Of a stretch of 64,000 nt of DNA, positions 43,271-54,134 are shown one piece after another. The notes beneath the pieces are model-generated. The model saw only the letters and a list, made by a program, of their open reading frames with translations, was not told the origin of the DNA and did not search any database. Source of the DNA: an uncultured Candidatus Saccharibacteria bacterium (lineage in GTDB: Bacteria > Patescibacteriota > Minisyncoccia > Phycocordibacterales > JAACPR01). The position numbers and the translations under genes are program-made. Where the stretch lies: contig CAZIEY010000002.1 of NCBI GenBank assembly GCA_964538855.1, positions 65,709-129,708 of the forward strand. The letters run 5' to 3'. Numbering within the stretch: the first letter of the stretch is position 1; each line of letters opens with the position of its first letter.

Positions 43271-45358
43271 ATGAGCGTCTTTAACCTCAAATCCGAATAC
43301 AAACCCGCCGGCGATCAACCAAAGGCAATCGCGTCGCTTATGGACGGCCTCAAAAAAGGCATGCGTCATCAGACGCTTTTGGGTGTGACTGGGTCTGGTA
43401 AAACGTTTACCGCGGCCAATGTGATTGCGCAGGTAGGCAAGCCGACGCTCGTTATCGCACACAACAAAACGCTCGCCGCGCAATTGACTCAGGAGTACAA
43501 GGAATTTTTTCCTGACAACGCCGTGCATTATTTCGTGTCATATTACGACTACTATCAACCCGAAGCCTACATGCCGGCATCCGACACCTATATCGAAAAA
43601 GAGGCGATGATTAACGAAGAAATCGAGCGACTTCGTCACGCTTCGACGCAGGCACTTTTGTCACGCAAAGACGTGATTATTGTCGCGTCAGTTTCATGTA
43701 TTTATGGTTTGGGTTCGCCGGTTGAATATGAAAAAGTGAACTTCAAAATTTTTAAAGGCCTCAAGATGACGCGCAGTGAGTTTATGCGAAAATTAGTTTC
43801 GATTCATTACGACCGTACTACGGCGGATTTAACTTCGGGCGTATTCCGAGCAATCGGTAACAAAGTTGAATTAATGCCGGTTTCTGAAAAATTTATTCTC
43901 TCGATGGAATTTGATATCGACGGAATTTCTCGCATTCAAAAAATCGACGGCATCACACGCGAAATTATCGAAGAAGATGTCGCGCCATTTTTCCTTTTCC
44001 CAGCAAAACACTTTATCGCCGACAAGGAAAAAACAAAACTCGCGATTGATACAATCGAAGCCGAGCTTAAAGAGCGCCTCGCCGAATTCAAAGAGCAAGG
44101 CAAAATTTTGGAAGCAGAGCGTCTGAAACGCCGCACAAAATACGACATCGCGCTCATTCGCGAAGTCGGCTATTGCAACGGAATCGAAAACTACTCTCGA
44201 CATTTCGATGGTCGCAGCGCAGGCGAACCTTCTGATTCGCTGCTCTCATATTTTCCACACAAACCTGACGGAACGCCGGACTTTTTGACTATTATCGACG
44301 AATCACACGTGACAGTTTCTCAAATTGGAGGAATGTTCGCGGGGGATGCTTCTCGAAAAAAGACACTCGTTGAGCACGGCTTCCGATTGCCGAGCGCCTG
44401 CGACAATCGCCCTCTGAAGTTTGATGAATTCGAAGCTCGTGTTGGGCAAACAATTTACACTTCGGCAACACCCGGCAAATACGAATTGGAACACAGCACC
44501 AATGTGGCGGAACAAATTATTCGTCCAACAGGATTGATTGATCCGGTTATTGATGTAAAACCGATTATCGAGCAAGGAAAATATCCAGGTCAAGTTAAAG
44601 ATTTTATAAAAGAAGCCGAAGCGGCAATTAAAAAAGGTGGGCGTGTCATCGCGACGACCTTGACCAAAAAAATGGCCGAAGATTTGTCTGAATATTTGAA
44701 AGAAAAGGGAATTAAGGCGGCGTATTTGCATAGCGAAATTAAAACCATCGAGCGCATCGAAATCATTACAAATTTCCGCAAGGGCGAGTTTGATATTTTG
44801 GTGGGTGTGAACTTGCTGCGTGAAGGTCTTGATATGCCAGAAGTGACCTTGATTGGCATTTTGGACGCCGACAAAGAAGGATTTTTGCGTTCTGAAAGTT
44901 CTCTTATTCAAACGATTGGTCGCGCTGCGCGTAATGTGGATGGACGCGTGATTTTGTATGCTGACGTGGTGACTGGTTCAATGGAACGTGCAATGAAAGA
45001 AACGTTGCGACGTCGAGCTTTGCAATTGGCGTATAACGAAAAGCATGGCATCACCCCAAAAACAATTATCAAAGCAATCAAAGACATCACCGAGCATATG
45101 AAAACCGAACATGGTCGGGCGGTTGACGCGATGTTGCTTGTCGATAAAAAAATGTTGGAGAAGGACCCAGAAAAATTGATGCGACAAAAAGAAAAGCAGA
45201 TGAATGCGGCTGCGAAAATTTTGGATTTCGAGACGGCGGCCATTTTGCGCGACGAAATCGCTAAATTGGAAGAGCTGATTGATAAAAAGGCGAAGCAAGA
45301 TAAGAAAGATGAAAACGCGCGATTGAAGGCTCAGAAGAAATTCGGGAGGGTGGATTAG
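43271..45358 (+). CDS. uvrB: Excinuclease ABC subunit B
   Basis: Start set to MSVFNLKSEYKPAGDQPKAI, the canonical UvrB N-terminus. Helicase motifs GVTGSGKTF, a beta-hairpin, and a C-terminal UVR domain FETAAILRDEIAKLEE. Confidence 0.9.
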   Translation: MSVFNLKSEYKPAGDQPKAIASLMDGLKKGMRHQTLLGVTGSGKTFTAANVIAQVGKPTLVIAHNKTLAAQLTQEYKEFFPDNAVHYFVSYYDYYQPEAYMPASDTYIEKEAMINEEIERLRHASTQALLSRKDVIIVASVSCIYGLGSPVEYEKVNFKIFKGLKMTRSEFMRKLVSIHYDRTTADLTSGVFRAIGNKVELMPVSEKFILSMEFDIDGISRIQKIDGITREIIEEDVAPFFLFPAKHFIADKEKTKLAIDTIEAELKERLAEFKEQGKILEAERLKRRTKYDIALIREVGYCNGIENYSRHFDGRSAGEPSDSLLSYFPHKPDGTPDFLTIIDESHVTVSQIGGMFAGDASRKKTLVEHGFRLPSACDNRPLKFDEFEARVGQTIYTSATPGKYELEHSTNVAEQIIRPTGLIDPVIDVKPIIEQGKYPGQVKDFIKEAEAAIKKGGRVIATTLTKKMAEDLSEYLKEKGIKAAYLHSEIKTIERIEIITNFRKGEFDILVGVNLLREGLDMPEVTLIGILDADKEGFLRSESSLIQTIGRAARNVDGRVILYADVVTGSMERAMKETLRRRALQLAYNEKHGITPKTIIKAIKDITEHMKTEHGRAVDAMLLVDKKMLEKDPEKLMRQKEKQMNAAAKILDFETAAILRDEIAKLEELIDKKAKQDKKDENARLKAQKKFGRVD

Positions 45359-45442
45359 TGCTTGACGGACTAAAAATACATATGTAACATAGGAATCTGG
45401 TGATCCTTTTTTCATAAACCGAAACTCACATGGAGGTGAACT

Positions 45443-46075
45443 GTGTTTGATCTCATTACTCAACCCGTGATGGTTTTGTGTGGTCGTGCCGCATCAGGCA
45501 AACGAAAGTTTGCAAGACTATGCAAAGATCGTTATCCCAGCATTGAGCACATCGAAGTGGGGCAACTGCTTCGTGATGCGGCTAGGTTCAGTAATTCTGG
45601 TATTGGAACAATCATCGCTGGCTACCAATTACGAGGTGAACACGTTCCGGATAATTTGGTGTTTGAATTTCTTCGAAAACGTATCGAGGATCTGAAGGCA
45701 CCAATTATTTTGGATGGATTTCCTCGTACTATGCCACAGGCAAGAGTCTTCTCTTCATTTAGACAAGCTTGGTACGGAGTCCGGATCGAGCGCGATGAGG
45801 AATTTTGTCGCAACCTGGTTCAGCGTCGTATCGCCGAATATCGGGAGTTAGGTGAGGAACCTCGACCTGATGATACACTCGAAACCTTCGAAAAGCGGGT
45901 TGCGAAGTATCCAAAGGAATTGGCTTCGTTCGAATTCGCAGTCGAATTGTGTGGTTCTGCCGTGTATCATACCCATCCCAATACTCCGGAATTGCAGCCG
46001 GAGGTCGAAGCTGTCATTAAATATCACGCTGGTTTTTTCAAGGGACTCCAGTGTGTTAGTGAGCGAGCTGGGTGA
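45443..46075 (+). CDS. Adenylate-kinase-family protein with a non-canonical P-loop; GC-rich gene
   Basis: ILDGFPRTMPQA (the Adk NMP-binding signature), IEVGQLLRDA, and GEHVPDNLV. Walker A is GRAASGKRK, with Arg where Thr/Ser is expected. GTG start behind SD ggaggtg. Confidence 0.55.
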   Translation: MFDLITQPVMVLCGRAASGKRKFARLCKDRYPSIEHIEVGQLLRDAARFSNSGIGTIIAGYQLRGEHVPDNLVFEFLRKRIEDLKAPIILDGFPRTMPQARVFSSFRQAWYGVRIERDEEFCRNLVQRRIAEYRELGEEPRPDDTLETFEKRVAKYPKELASFEFAVELCGSAVYHTHPNTPELQPEVEAVIKYHAGFFKGLQCVSERAG

Positions 46076-46096
46076 GACCAGTTTCGCCCTCCTTGA

Positions 46097-46129
46097 GCCG
46101 CGTAAGTACATTGGTACGCGCGGTTTTTA
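46097..46129 (+). terminator. Rho-independent terminator after the Adk-like gene
   Basis: gccgcgtaagtacattggtacgcgcggttttt. Confidence 0.6.
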
Positions 46130-46142
46130 AATCTCACATATT

Positions 46143-46171
46143 TTGACACCCCCTCATTTTTCATATACAAT
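46143..46171 (+). promoter_or_regulatory. Promoter TTGACA-17-TACAAT for uvrA
   Basis: ttgaca at 46143-46148 and tacaat at 46166-46171. About 100 nt of structured leader follows. Confidence 0.55.
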
Positions 46172-46274
46172 CACCTCTGTAGCCAGCTTAAAAATCGCTT
46201 ACCCCCTGTACGAAAGGACAGAGGGGACGTTGCTTTATTAACCACAAAAACGCCCGAATCGGCGCTTCAACAAC

Positions 46275-48893
46275 ATGTCAAAACCAATCAATCGCAAAGA
46301 CGAAAAAATCATCGTAAAGGGTGCCCGCACGCACAACCTTAAAAATATCGATGTTGAAATGCCACGCAACAAGTTGGTGGTTTTCACTGGACTTTCTGGT
46401 TCTGGAAAGTCGTCGCTCGCCTTCGATACGATTTTTGCCGAAGGTCAGCGTCGATATGTGGAATCTCTCTCGGCGTATGCTCGTCAATTTTTGAATACGA
46501 TGCAAAAGCCGGACGTGGATGAAATTATTGGGCTTTCGCCAGCGATTTCGATTGATCAAAAATCTCGCTCAAACAATCCGCGTTCAACCGTAGCGACTAT
46601 CACTGAAATTTACGACTACTTGCGTATTTTGTTTGCTCGAGTCGGCCGCCCTCACTGTTTGGAATGTGGTCGCGAAATTAAAAAACTTTCGCACGAAGAA
46701 ATCATGCACACAATTATCGAATTCGTTGAATCGATTGATGTGTCAAAAGATCAGAAAGAAGTGCTCGGCGTGAAATACGACGATTTTAAAGTGCAACTCT
46801 TTGCGCCGGTTGTTGTTGGACGAAAAGGTGAATACTATCAGCTTCTCTACGATATGTTGAACAAGGGCTACACGAAAGCCAAAATCGACGGCCACATTGT
46901 CAGCTTGCGCGATAAAATCGTCTTGAGCAAAAACAAAAAGCATGACATCGACATCATGGTCGAAGAATTTTACATGTCTGAAATTTTGAAAAAGGAAGCG
47001 ACGTTTAAAGAACGCCTTTCCGAAGCAATCGAGCGTTCAATTCAAGAATCAAACGGCCTCATTAAAATCATTACGCCGGTCGAAGAGCGCCTCATGTCGT
47101 CAAAATTCATGTGTCCTTACGACGGATTTTCTTTCCCGGAAATCGAACCGCGTCTTTTCTCCTTTAACTCTCCGCACGGGGCCTGCCCAGAATGTAATGG
47201 TCTCGGGACAAAACACATGTTCGGTGACGAACCTTGCGCTGTATGTGAAGGCCGCCGTTTGCGAGCCGAAGCTTTGCGTGTCTATTTGCCGAACACCGGT
47301 GAGAAAAAGGGCGAGCACACCATCAACATCGATGCGGTTGTAAAATTGTCGGTGAAAAACGCACTCGACTTTTTCGAGGGCTTGAAATTATCCGAAAAAG
47401 ATCGCGAAATTGCCAAAGTCATTTTGAAAGAAATCAGCGAGCGTCTCAAATTCATGAACAATGTTGGTATTGAATATTTGACTCTTGAACGACGGGCGCA
47501 CACTCTGTCTGGTGGGGAAGCACAACGTATTCGTTTGGCGTCGCAACTCGGTTCCGGCCTCGTCGGTGCGACATATGTGTTGGACGAGCCTACAATCGGT
47601 TTGCATTCTCGCGACAACGACCGCTTGATTCAGACTCTTCTTGATTTGCGTGATGCCGGCAACACTATTATCGTAGTCGAACACGACGAGGACACAATTT
47701 ACGCGTCTGACTATTTGGTGGACATTGGTCCGGGTGCGGGGCGACACGGTGGAAACGTAGTGGTGTCTGGCGACATGGACAAATTGCTGACTGCAAAAAC
47801 GAATCCTTCGAAATCGGTTACGCTCGATTATTTGCGAGGCGACAAAGAAATTGAAGTTCCTAAAAAACGTCGCGATGCCGACAAGGGAAAGATTAAAATT
47901 CGCGGAGGTCACGCGTTCAACATCAAAAATTTGAATGCCGACATTCCGCTTGGAAAATTTGTGGCGGTGACTGGTGTGTCTGGTTCTGGAAAATCGACTT
48001 TTGTGTACGAAATTTTGCACAAGAATTTGCAGAATCGTTTTGATCGCCGATATCGTTCTAACGAAGTTGTGAATTGCGCAGAAATCACCGGCACCGAATA
48101 CGTGTCACGTGCGATTTTGATTGACCAATCTCCGATTGGACGAACTCCGCGTTCAAACCCTGCGACGTACACCGGCGCATTCACATTCATCCGCGACATG
48201 TTTGCTGAAACAGAAGAAGCTCGTTTTCGCGGTTGGAAATCAAATCGATTTTCTTTCAACGTCAAAGGTGGTCGCTGCGAGGCGTGCCAAGGTAATGGTT
48301 ACATCGCCGTTGAAATGCACTTTTTGCCGACGGTCTATGTGCCGTGCGACGTCTGCGAGGGTAAGCGCTTTATGAAAGAAACGCTCGAGGTGAAATACAA
48401 AGGTAAAAGCATTTACGAAGTCCTCAATATGACAATCGAGGAGGCTTTGAAATTTTTCGAAGATATTCCTGCGATTTACGATCGATTGAAAACGCTCGAC
48501 GAAGTGGGGCTCGGCTATTTGCAACTCGGACAATCCGCGACAACGTTGTCTGGCGGTGAAGCGCAACGCGTGAAAATTTCTTCTGAATTGTATCGCGCCC
48601 ACATTGCAAAAACGATTTACATTTTGGACGAGCCAACAATCGGTCTCCACTACGAAGACGTTAAAAAATTAATCGAGATTTTGCAAAAACTTGTCGACAC
48701 CGGCAACTCAGTTCTTGTTATCGAACACAACTTGGACATCATTAAAAGTGCTGACTACATCATCGATATCGGCCCAGAGGGAGGTGATAAGGGTGGTACT
48801 GTCGTTGCCCGCGGTACTCCTGAACAAGTCGCTGACGTCCAAGAAAGTTACACTGGGCAGTATTTGAAGAAGGTGTTGAAGAAGAGGAAGTAA
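46275..48893 (+). CDS. uvrA: Excinuclease ABC subunit A
   Basis: [25 protein letters not shown], two ABC modules ([14 protein letters not shown] and [10 protein letters not shown]), LSGGEAQR signatures, and Zn-finger Cys pairs. Confidence 0.9.
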   Translation: MSKPINRKDEKIIVKGARTHNLKNIDVEMPRNKLVVFTGLSGSGKSSLAFDTIFAEGQRRYVESLSAYARQFLNTMQKPDVDEIIGLSPAISIDQKSRSNNPRSTVATITEIYDYLRILFARVGRPHCLECGREIKKLSHEEIMHTIIEFVESIDVSKDQKEVLGVKYDDFKVQLFAPVVVGRKGEYYQLLYDMLNKGYTKAKIDGHIVSLRDKIVLSKNKKHDIDIMVEEFYMSEILKKEATFKERLSEAIERSIQESNGLIKIITPVEERLMSSKFMCPYDGFSFPEIEPRLFSFNSPHGACPECNGLGTKHMFGDEPCAVCEGRRLRAEALRVYLPNTGEKKGEHTINIDAVVKLSVKNALDFFEGLKLSEKDREIAKVILKEISERLKFMNNVGIEYLTLERRAHTLSGGEAQRIRLASQLGSGLVGATYVLDEPTIGLHSRDNDRLIQTLLDLRDAGNTIIVVEHDEDTIYASDYLVDIGPGAGRHGGNVVVSGDMDKLLTAKTNPSKSVTLDYLRGDKEIEVPKKRRDADKGKIKIRGGHAFNIKNLNADIPLGKFVAVTGVSGSGKSTFVYEILHKNLQNRFDRRYRSNEVVNCAEITGTEYVSRAILIDQSPIGRTPRSNPATYTGAFTFIRDMFAETEEARFRGWKSNRFSFNVKGGRCEACQGNGYIAVEMHFLPTVYVPCDVCEGKRFMKETLEVKYKGKSIYEVLNMTIEEALKFFEDIPAIYDRLKTLDEVGLGYLQLGQSATTLSGGEAQRVKISSELYRAHIAKTIYILDEPTIGLHYEDVKKLIEILQKLVDTGNSVLVIEHNLDIIKSADYIIDIGPEGGDKGGTVVARGTPEQVADVQESYTGQYLKKVLKKRK

Positions 48894-48972
48894 AAACGAA
48901 AACCGCCGATCTCATCAAGTGAGACCGCGGTGGGTGGAGCATTTTCGACAGGTTGCTCAACCTGGTCCTACT

Positions 48973-49323
48973 TCAGTAGGTGTTGCCGGGAAGGATCATC
49001 GGTTGGCTCTGGTTGGGAAACCATGCCACACTCAGATACTTCGGCGTGAATTCTTCGTTGTCCGCCATGGATCCCGAATCATACGGGATGATCTTCAGGC
49101 CGTTTTGGCTCTTGACCAGGAACCCGGGCGAGCCCGAGAATCCGTCGAAGGACTGATTGTAACGGCCGACGACTTCGACGACCTCCTCGCGACGGGTGTC
49201 ATCGGTTTTCTTCTCCATACGGTCGAGCACCAGTGTGCTCGCAATGACGATCAGACAGATCGTCTTCAGGACGTTCAGCAGGTCTTTCATTGTGCTTATC
49301 TTTGGTGTTGGTTTTTGGGACAC
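48973..49323 (-). CDS. Hypothetical small membrane-anchored protein; GC-rich, between uvrA and uvrC
   Basis: GTG start behind SD aggagg with 5-nt spacing, and a TM/signal-anchor LKTICLIVIASTLVL; 116 aa. Confidence 0.5.
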   Translation of the reverse strand: MSQKPTPKISTMKDLLNVLKTICLIVIASTLVLDRMEKKTDDTRREEVVEVVGRYNQSFDGFSGSPGFLVKSQNGLKIIPYDSGSMADNEEFTPKYLSVAWFPNQSQPMILPGNTY

Positions 49324-49424
49324 CAGGGCCTCCTTTCAAGGCCACTACCCACTAAATCGTATAATACCACATGTATATACTACTTGTCAAACATCCCAAA
49401 ATCCTGTAATATCAAACCAATCGT

Positions 49425-50660
49425 ATGATTTTCGCCGACCTCAAAAAACTTCATCTGCCAAGCCAGCCCGGCGTCTATTTCTTTCGCAAAGGACGCGAGA
49501 TTTTGTATATCGGCAAGGCGACGTCGCTTTCTGACCGAACCAAAAGTTATTTTTCAAACGACCTCATTGCGACACGCGGACCGCTCATCATCGACATGGT
49601 GACGCAGGCAGACACGGTGACATGGCAGACGACGGACTCGGTGTTGGAGGCGCTCATTTTGGAATCGGCGCTCATCAAAAAACATCAGCCTCGCTACAAC
49701 ATCAAGGAGAAAGATAATAAAAGTTACAACGCTGTCATCATCACCGACGAGGAATTTCCACGCGTGTTTGTGATGCGTAGTCGAGATTTGAAAATGCGAG
49801 AAGCAACTGGCGCGAGTGATTTCAAAATCAAGCGCGAGTTCGGCCCATTTCCAAATGGTACACAACTAAAAGAAGCTCTCAAAATCGTGCGCAAACTTTT
49901 CCCATTTTTCGACAAGTCGGGCACGACGGGGCAATCGACGCTCAATGTTCAACTCGGGTTGATGCCGGACATTCGCACCATCACACGTCGCGAGTATCAA
50001 AAAAATATTCGCAACATCTCGCTCTTTTTTGCAGGCAAGAAAAGCACGCTCGTCGCCGCTCTTAAACGCGACATGAAATCGGCTTCGAAAAAGCGTGATT
50101 TTGAAACGGCGGAACGCATCAAACGCACTATGTTTTCGCTCGAACACATTAACGATGTGTCGCTCATTTCGCGTGACGCGGATTTTGCGCAGGCGACAGG
50201 CGACATATTCCGCATCGAGTCATATGACATCGCGCATCTCGGCGGATCAAACACAGTCGGTGCGATGGTGGTGATGGAAAACGGCGAGCTCAACAAAAAC
50301 GAATATCGTAAATTCATCATTCGTGAAGCCAAAGCCGGCGACGATTACGGAGCGCTTCGCGAAGTGTTGCGCCGCCGCTGTGCCCACGATGATTGGCGAA
50401 TGCCGAATTTGATTGTGATTGACGGAGGTAAAGCTCAAAAAGCCGTCGTCGAAAAAGTTCTGCGCGAATTTTCCGAAAAAGGTTTCGACAAAATCCCTCT
50501 CGTCTCAGTCGTTAAAGACGAATTTCACCGCGCCCGCGAAATTTTGGGCGACACTGCGCTCGTTGAAAAACATAATCTCGACATTTTGAAAGTTAATGCG
50601 GAGACACATAGGTTTGCGATCGGGTTTCATAGAAAACGGAGAAATAATAGCTTAAGATAA
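49425..50660 (+). CDS. uvrC: Excinuclease ABC subunit C, short form lacking the C-terminal (HhH)2 region
   Basis: GIY-YIG (GVYFFRKGREILYIGKA), a UvrB-interaction UVR motif (RDFETAERIKRTMFSLE), and an RNase H-like endonuclease domain (ESYDIAHLGG). 411 aa versus about 600 for typical UvrC. Confidence 0.8.
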   Translation: MIFADLKKLHLPSQPGVYFFRKGREILYIGKATSLSDRTKSYFSNDLIATRGPLIIDMVTQADTVTWQTTDSVLEALILESALIKKHQPRYNIKEKDNKSYNAVIITDEEFPRVFVMRSRDLKMREATGASDFKIKREFGPFPNGTQLKEALKIVRKLFPFFDKSGTTGQSTLNVQLGLMPDIRTITRREYQKNIRNISLFFAGKKSTLVAALKRDMKSASKKRDFETAERIKRTMFSLEHINDVSLISRDADFAQATGDIFRIESYDIAHLGGSNTVGAMVVMENGELNKNEYRKFIIREAKAGDDYGALREVLRRRCAHDDWRMPNLIVIDGGKAQKAVVEKVLREFSEKGFDKIPLVSVVKDEFHRAREILGDTALVEKHNLDILKVNAETHRFAIGFHRKRRNNSLR

Positions 50661-50826
50661 CTAATAGAAAGTATTGTTACTGTATACCAATCTAGGTAAT
50701 GGCGACGTAGAGGGTAAATTGCCTATAAAAATTGTAGGTAACTCATCCTCTACGAGGATTACTATCTCATGTCGGGATAGTGAAACTTGGCACGCCACAG
50801 TGGCACGCCAAAAAAGGAGATTAGCA

Positions 50827-52160
50827 TGAAATCGTTATCGCAATTACGTGATAAGGCGCAACTTGCACTTGCAAAACGCGAACTGGTTCAAGTGGCCGAG
50901 AATTTCTCGCCCACAGCAGCTTACGAGCGAGCAATCGCATTATACTATAGCGAAGAGATGGCGCGAAGCTGTCGATTCCTAGCGATCATCTACCGTGACT
51001 ATGGCAAGGATGCTGTTGAGAATTTGATCAGGGATAAGCGCGAGGCAGACCTTGACCGATTTTTCAAGGAACGTGTAGTTCCAGGCATCTCTCTTCTGGA
51101 AACGGTTGGCGGTGGTAAATTGATGATTGTCGATCCTCAAGATTGTGATTTGCCGCTATTGGATTATCTCGAGAGATCGAAGGTTCACTCGTTGGACGTT
51201 GGGATGACGCTCGGAGAATACAGAATTGCTTTCAAGTGGCAGATTAAAAAGGACAGTAAGCACAACGATACGGAATGTCGTCTCGTTGTGATTGGTCCCG
51301 ATGGCAAGAACTTGGAATACACGGACTCCGACAACAAGGTTTATACCGAACAGTCCTTTACTATGATGTGTGGAAAGAGGCATCATCCAGACTCTGTGAA
51401 TCTTCGAAGCGAATTGTATCATGCCATCGAGAGACTCCTGTACGGAAACGTAGAGTGGCCTCACCAATCTGTAATGCTTCTGATTATTGCTGACTTGGAG
51501 AAGCGTGGGTGTAAGATGGCTCCCCGCCTCCAGCAGTACTGCAAAGATCGTGGGTTGGAACTGTGGAAGTTGAATGAGTATGGTCTCGTTGGTCAACTCA
51601 AACAGTTCGCCATGGATCTTCGTGGAAAAGCAGTTGCTGATGGAGTGTGTCCGCAAGGACTCGCATTTCTTGATCTGCAGATCGACCGAGCTATCAGTGA
51701 AGCAACTCTCTATAATGAAGTGTTCGATATGGGCACTTTACTTGTGAGTAAGCTTCATAATGTACATTTTTGGGTCGATTACCACGTAATTCCTGGCCCG
51801 AGGGCTGAAAAGACTTACAATTTTTTGCTCCACACGGATTCAGGAATGGGTGATTGGGTTACATTGCTGGAGAAGAAGGGTTACGGTGGTAGCGTCGTGA
51901 TTGCATTCTTTAATATCCACAGTGGCATGCAAGTTGCTCGGACCGGACAATGCGATGCCCTCCTTCTCCAACAGCACGGAGGTTGTCAAAAAGATGACAT
52001 CCTTGCTGAAGCTCAGAGTTCAATGGAGATAGCACAAGCAGCTCGTGGTAACACCAAAGTCTCGAAACTTCCGAGGTACAAATGGGACTCACACCATAGC
52101 GGTAGTCATCAGACGTGCGGTGGTTTCGATAAATTTCTTGACGAGTACTTTCCTAAATAA
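50827..52160 (+). CDS. Hypothetical protein (444 aa); GC-elevated, no recognisable domain
   Basis: Start set at MKSLSQ behind a perfect SD aaggag. Cys/His-rich C-terminal part. Confidence 0.55.
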
Positions 52161-52187
52161 GAACTGAATTGGTCGTAAAAGAAACTC

Positions 52188-52216
52188 AAGAGAGCCTGAC
52201 CAGCTCTCTTTTTTAA
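52188..52216 (+). terminator. Rho-independent terminator
   Basis: aagagagcctgaccagctctct followed by tttttaatttttt. Confidence 0.75.
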
Positions 52217-52282
52217 TTTTTTAATTTCTCACCTTGGGTACATAAAAACCTTTTCAAAATTTTCCCATGCTAAAATATCTTC

Positions 52283-53251
52283 ATGATTCGCAAACGCATC
52301 GCCATCGTCCGTGGGGGACCTTCGTCCGAATATGATGTATCGCTCAAATCGGGCAAGCATGTTTTGCATGAATTGTCTGACGATTTTCATGTCGTTGATG
52401 TCGTGATTGACAAAGCCGGCGTCTGGCATATTTCTGGCCTGCCACGCGACCCTCACGAAGCACTCGCGCACGTCGATGTGGTTTTCAATGCGATGCACGG
52501 CGAATACGGCGAGGACGGCAAATTCCAACAGCTCATGGAAAATTTGGGCAAGCCTTACACAGGATCTGGTGCGCTTGGTGCCGCGATGTCGATGAATAAA
52601 GAAAAGGCGAAAGAGCTTTTCAAAAAAGCCGGCCTCAAAACGCCCGTGCATAAAACGCTGTCTCGTCCAGAGAGCGAGGGCGGTCTCGAATTTCAAGCGA
52701 CGCTCGTCTTTCGCAATTTCACGATGCCCGTCATTGTAAAGCCGATTAACAAAGGCTCATCGATTGGCGTTTCGAAAGCTCACACATTCGAAGAATTAAA
52801 AACCGCGATGTCGACCGCGTATTCGTTCAGCGAAAAAATTATTGTCGAAGAATTCATCGACGGCAAAGAGGCAACAGTCGGCGTTCTTGAAAATTTCCGA
52901 GGCGAAAATGTCTATGCATTTATGCCCGTCGAAATTGAAGTTCCAAAACAGAAAAAACTTTTTGATTATGAAGCAAAAACGTCGGATGAAACTCGTAAAA
53001 AAAGCCCCGGCAATTTCACTCGCGAGGAAAGCAAATTGCTCGAAGACGCGGCTCGCACCGCCCACGAAGTGCTCGGCTTGCGCCACTACTCTCGCTCTGA
53101 TTTTATCGTGCACCCACGCCGTGGCGTCTACATTTTAGAAACGAACGCGTTGCCCGATATTTCGCGCGACTCGACATTGCATCATTCGTTGCAGGCGGTG
53201 GGGATGTCGTACAAGGATTTCTTGATTCATGTGATTAATTTACTAAATTAA
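52283..53251 (+). CDS. ddl: D-alanine--D-alanine ligase (paralog 1, compact)
   Basis: MIRKRIAIVRGGPSSEYDVSLKSG and an ATP-grasp fold; 322 aa. Confidence 0.85.
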   Translation: MIRKRIAIVRGGPSSEYDVSLKSGKHVLHELSDDFHVVDVVIDKAGVWHISGLPRDPHEALAHVDVVFNAMHGEYGEDGKFQQLMENLGKPYTGSGALGAAMSMNKEKAKELFKKAGLKTPVHKTLSRPESEGGLEFQATLVFRNFTMPVIVKPINKGSSIGVSKAHTFEELKTAMSTAYSFSEKIIVEEFIDGKEATVGVLENFRGENVYAFMPVEIEVPKQKKLFDYEAKTSDETRKKSPGNFTREESKLLEDAARTAHEVLGLRHYSRSDFIVHPRRGVYILETNALPDISRDSTLHHSLQAVGMSYKDFLIHVINLLN

Positions 53252-53253
53252 AA

Positions 53254-53276
53254 CCCACCAACTTGTCATTGGTGGG
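53254..53276. terminator. Hairpin cccaccaa-cttgtcatt-ggtggg; the T-run lies on the minus-strand side
   Basis: Perfect 8-bp stem. On the minus strand it is followed by tttt, terminating leftward transcription of the tiny ORF; it may also act for ddl. Confidence 0.45.
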
Positions 53277-53316
53277 CACAGCGGACCTGCTCCACTGTGT
53301 AAGAAGAAGTGCCGGC

Positions 53317-53388
53317 TTATTGGCCGGTCAATATCGCTTCTTCTTCGTCCTGAGATCCTTCGTAATCTTCATCCCATTGGTGCTTCAT
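53317..53388 (-). CDS. Candidate 23-aa acidic micro-ORF with a strong SD
   Basis: MKHQWDEDYEGSQDEEEAILTGQ. SD gaaaggag sits 10 nt upstream. Confidence 0.2.
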   Translation of the reverse strand: MKHQWDEDYEGSQDEEEAILTGQ

Positions 53389-53494
53389 GATAATCTGACT
53401 CCTTTCTAGGGAATCACCACAACAATGCAGTGAATTCACCTATATATTATAATAAGTATATAACTCAATTTGTCAATACCTATTGGTAATGCGG

Positions 53495-53653
53495 ATTTAT
53501 TGTTATGAAAATCATTGTAAACAACATCGCCACCGAATACACGGATGAGGGCTCTGGCCCAGTCATTTTGTGTTTACATGGATGGAAGGACAGTTTGCGA
53601 ACATTTGATGCGCTCGAGCCTGAATTAGTGAAAAAAAATGTAGAAAACTCCGC
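53495..53653 (+). pseudogene. Truncated duplicate of the 5' end of the alpha/beta hydrolase gene
   Basis: 53495..53610 is 116/116 identical to 54135..54250, both starting exactly at the ATG. It then diverges and hits a stop after 13 codons (52 aa). Confidence 0.7.
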
Positions 53654-53666
53654 TCGTATGTAGGCG
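53636..53666 (+). terminator. Rho-independent terminator after the truncated duplicate
   Basis: aactccgctcgtatgtaggcggagtt followed by tttga. Confidence 0.7.
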
Positions 53667-53702
53667 GAGTTTTTGAGGGCTGAAACCTCGCGTTGATGTT
53701 TG

Positions 53703-53996
53703 TCAGACCGGATCCCATGGTGCCGATTTGTTGTTCGGACGGTTCTTTGCTGGGCTGATCACCATGATGAGTCCAACAATGAGGGCGTATGCCGCTAGAC
53801 AATTTGAAAGGCCATGAGCGACAACGTGCAGAAAGGTCTCATCTCCATGCACGAGCCCATCCTCGATCCGTATTTGCTCTGCGTGCACGGTCTCGACGAT
53901 GGTTGTTGCCTCGGCGCGGGTTTTTTGGTTGATGACCAAAAACCAGATTGTATAGTACATCAAGATAACTATAATCAATTTCTCTGAGGTATGCAT
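53703..53996 (-). CDS. Small two-TM membrane protein carried on the 524-bp insert
   Basis: 97 aa with hydrophobic helices at both ends. SD gaggag 5 nt before the ATG. Confidence 0.6.
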   Translation of the reverse strand: MHTSEKLIIVILMYYTIWFLVINQKTRAEATTIVETVHAEQIRIEDGLVHGDETFLHVVAHGLSNCLAAYALIVGLIMVISPAKNRPNNKSAPWDPV

Positions 53997-54048
53997 GACT
54001 TCTCCTCACATGTGCCTGCTTAGAAAATCCAGCTATCAGCACATTATT

Positions 54049-54077
54049 AGTATAGCATACATGTAGTATAAAGTCAA
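54049..54077 (-). promoter_or_regulatory. Minus-strand promoter TTGACT-17-TATACT for the small membrane-protein gene
   Basis: On the minus strand: ttgactttatactacatgtatgctatact. Confidence 0.55.
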
Positions 54078-54134
54078 GTATATAAAAACTCATATTTCAC
54101 AATTCAAAAATGCTACAATATTTCCACCACTCAC

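Noticed and set aside
48919-49428. 169-aa + strand ORF between uvrA and uvrC
   Set aside because: It overlaps the minus-strand 116-aa gene, which has a strong SD and a TM helix. The + ORF has no RBS and an Arg/His-rich composition typical of GC-rich off-frame translation.
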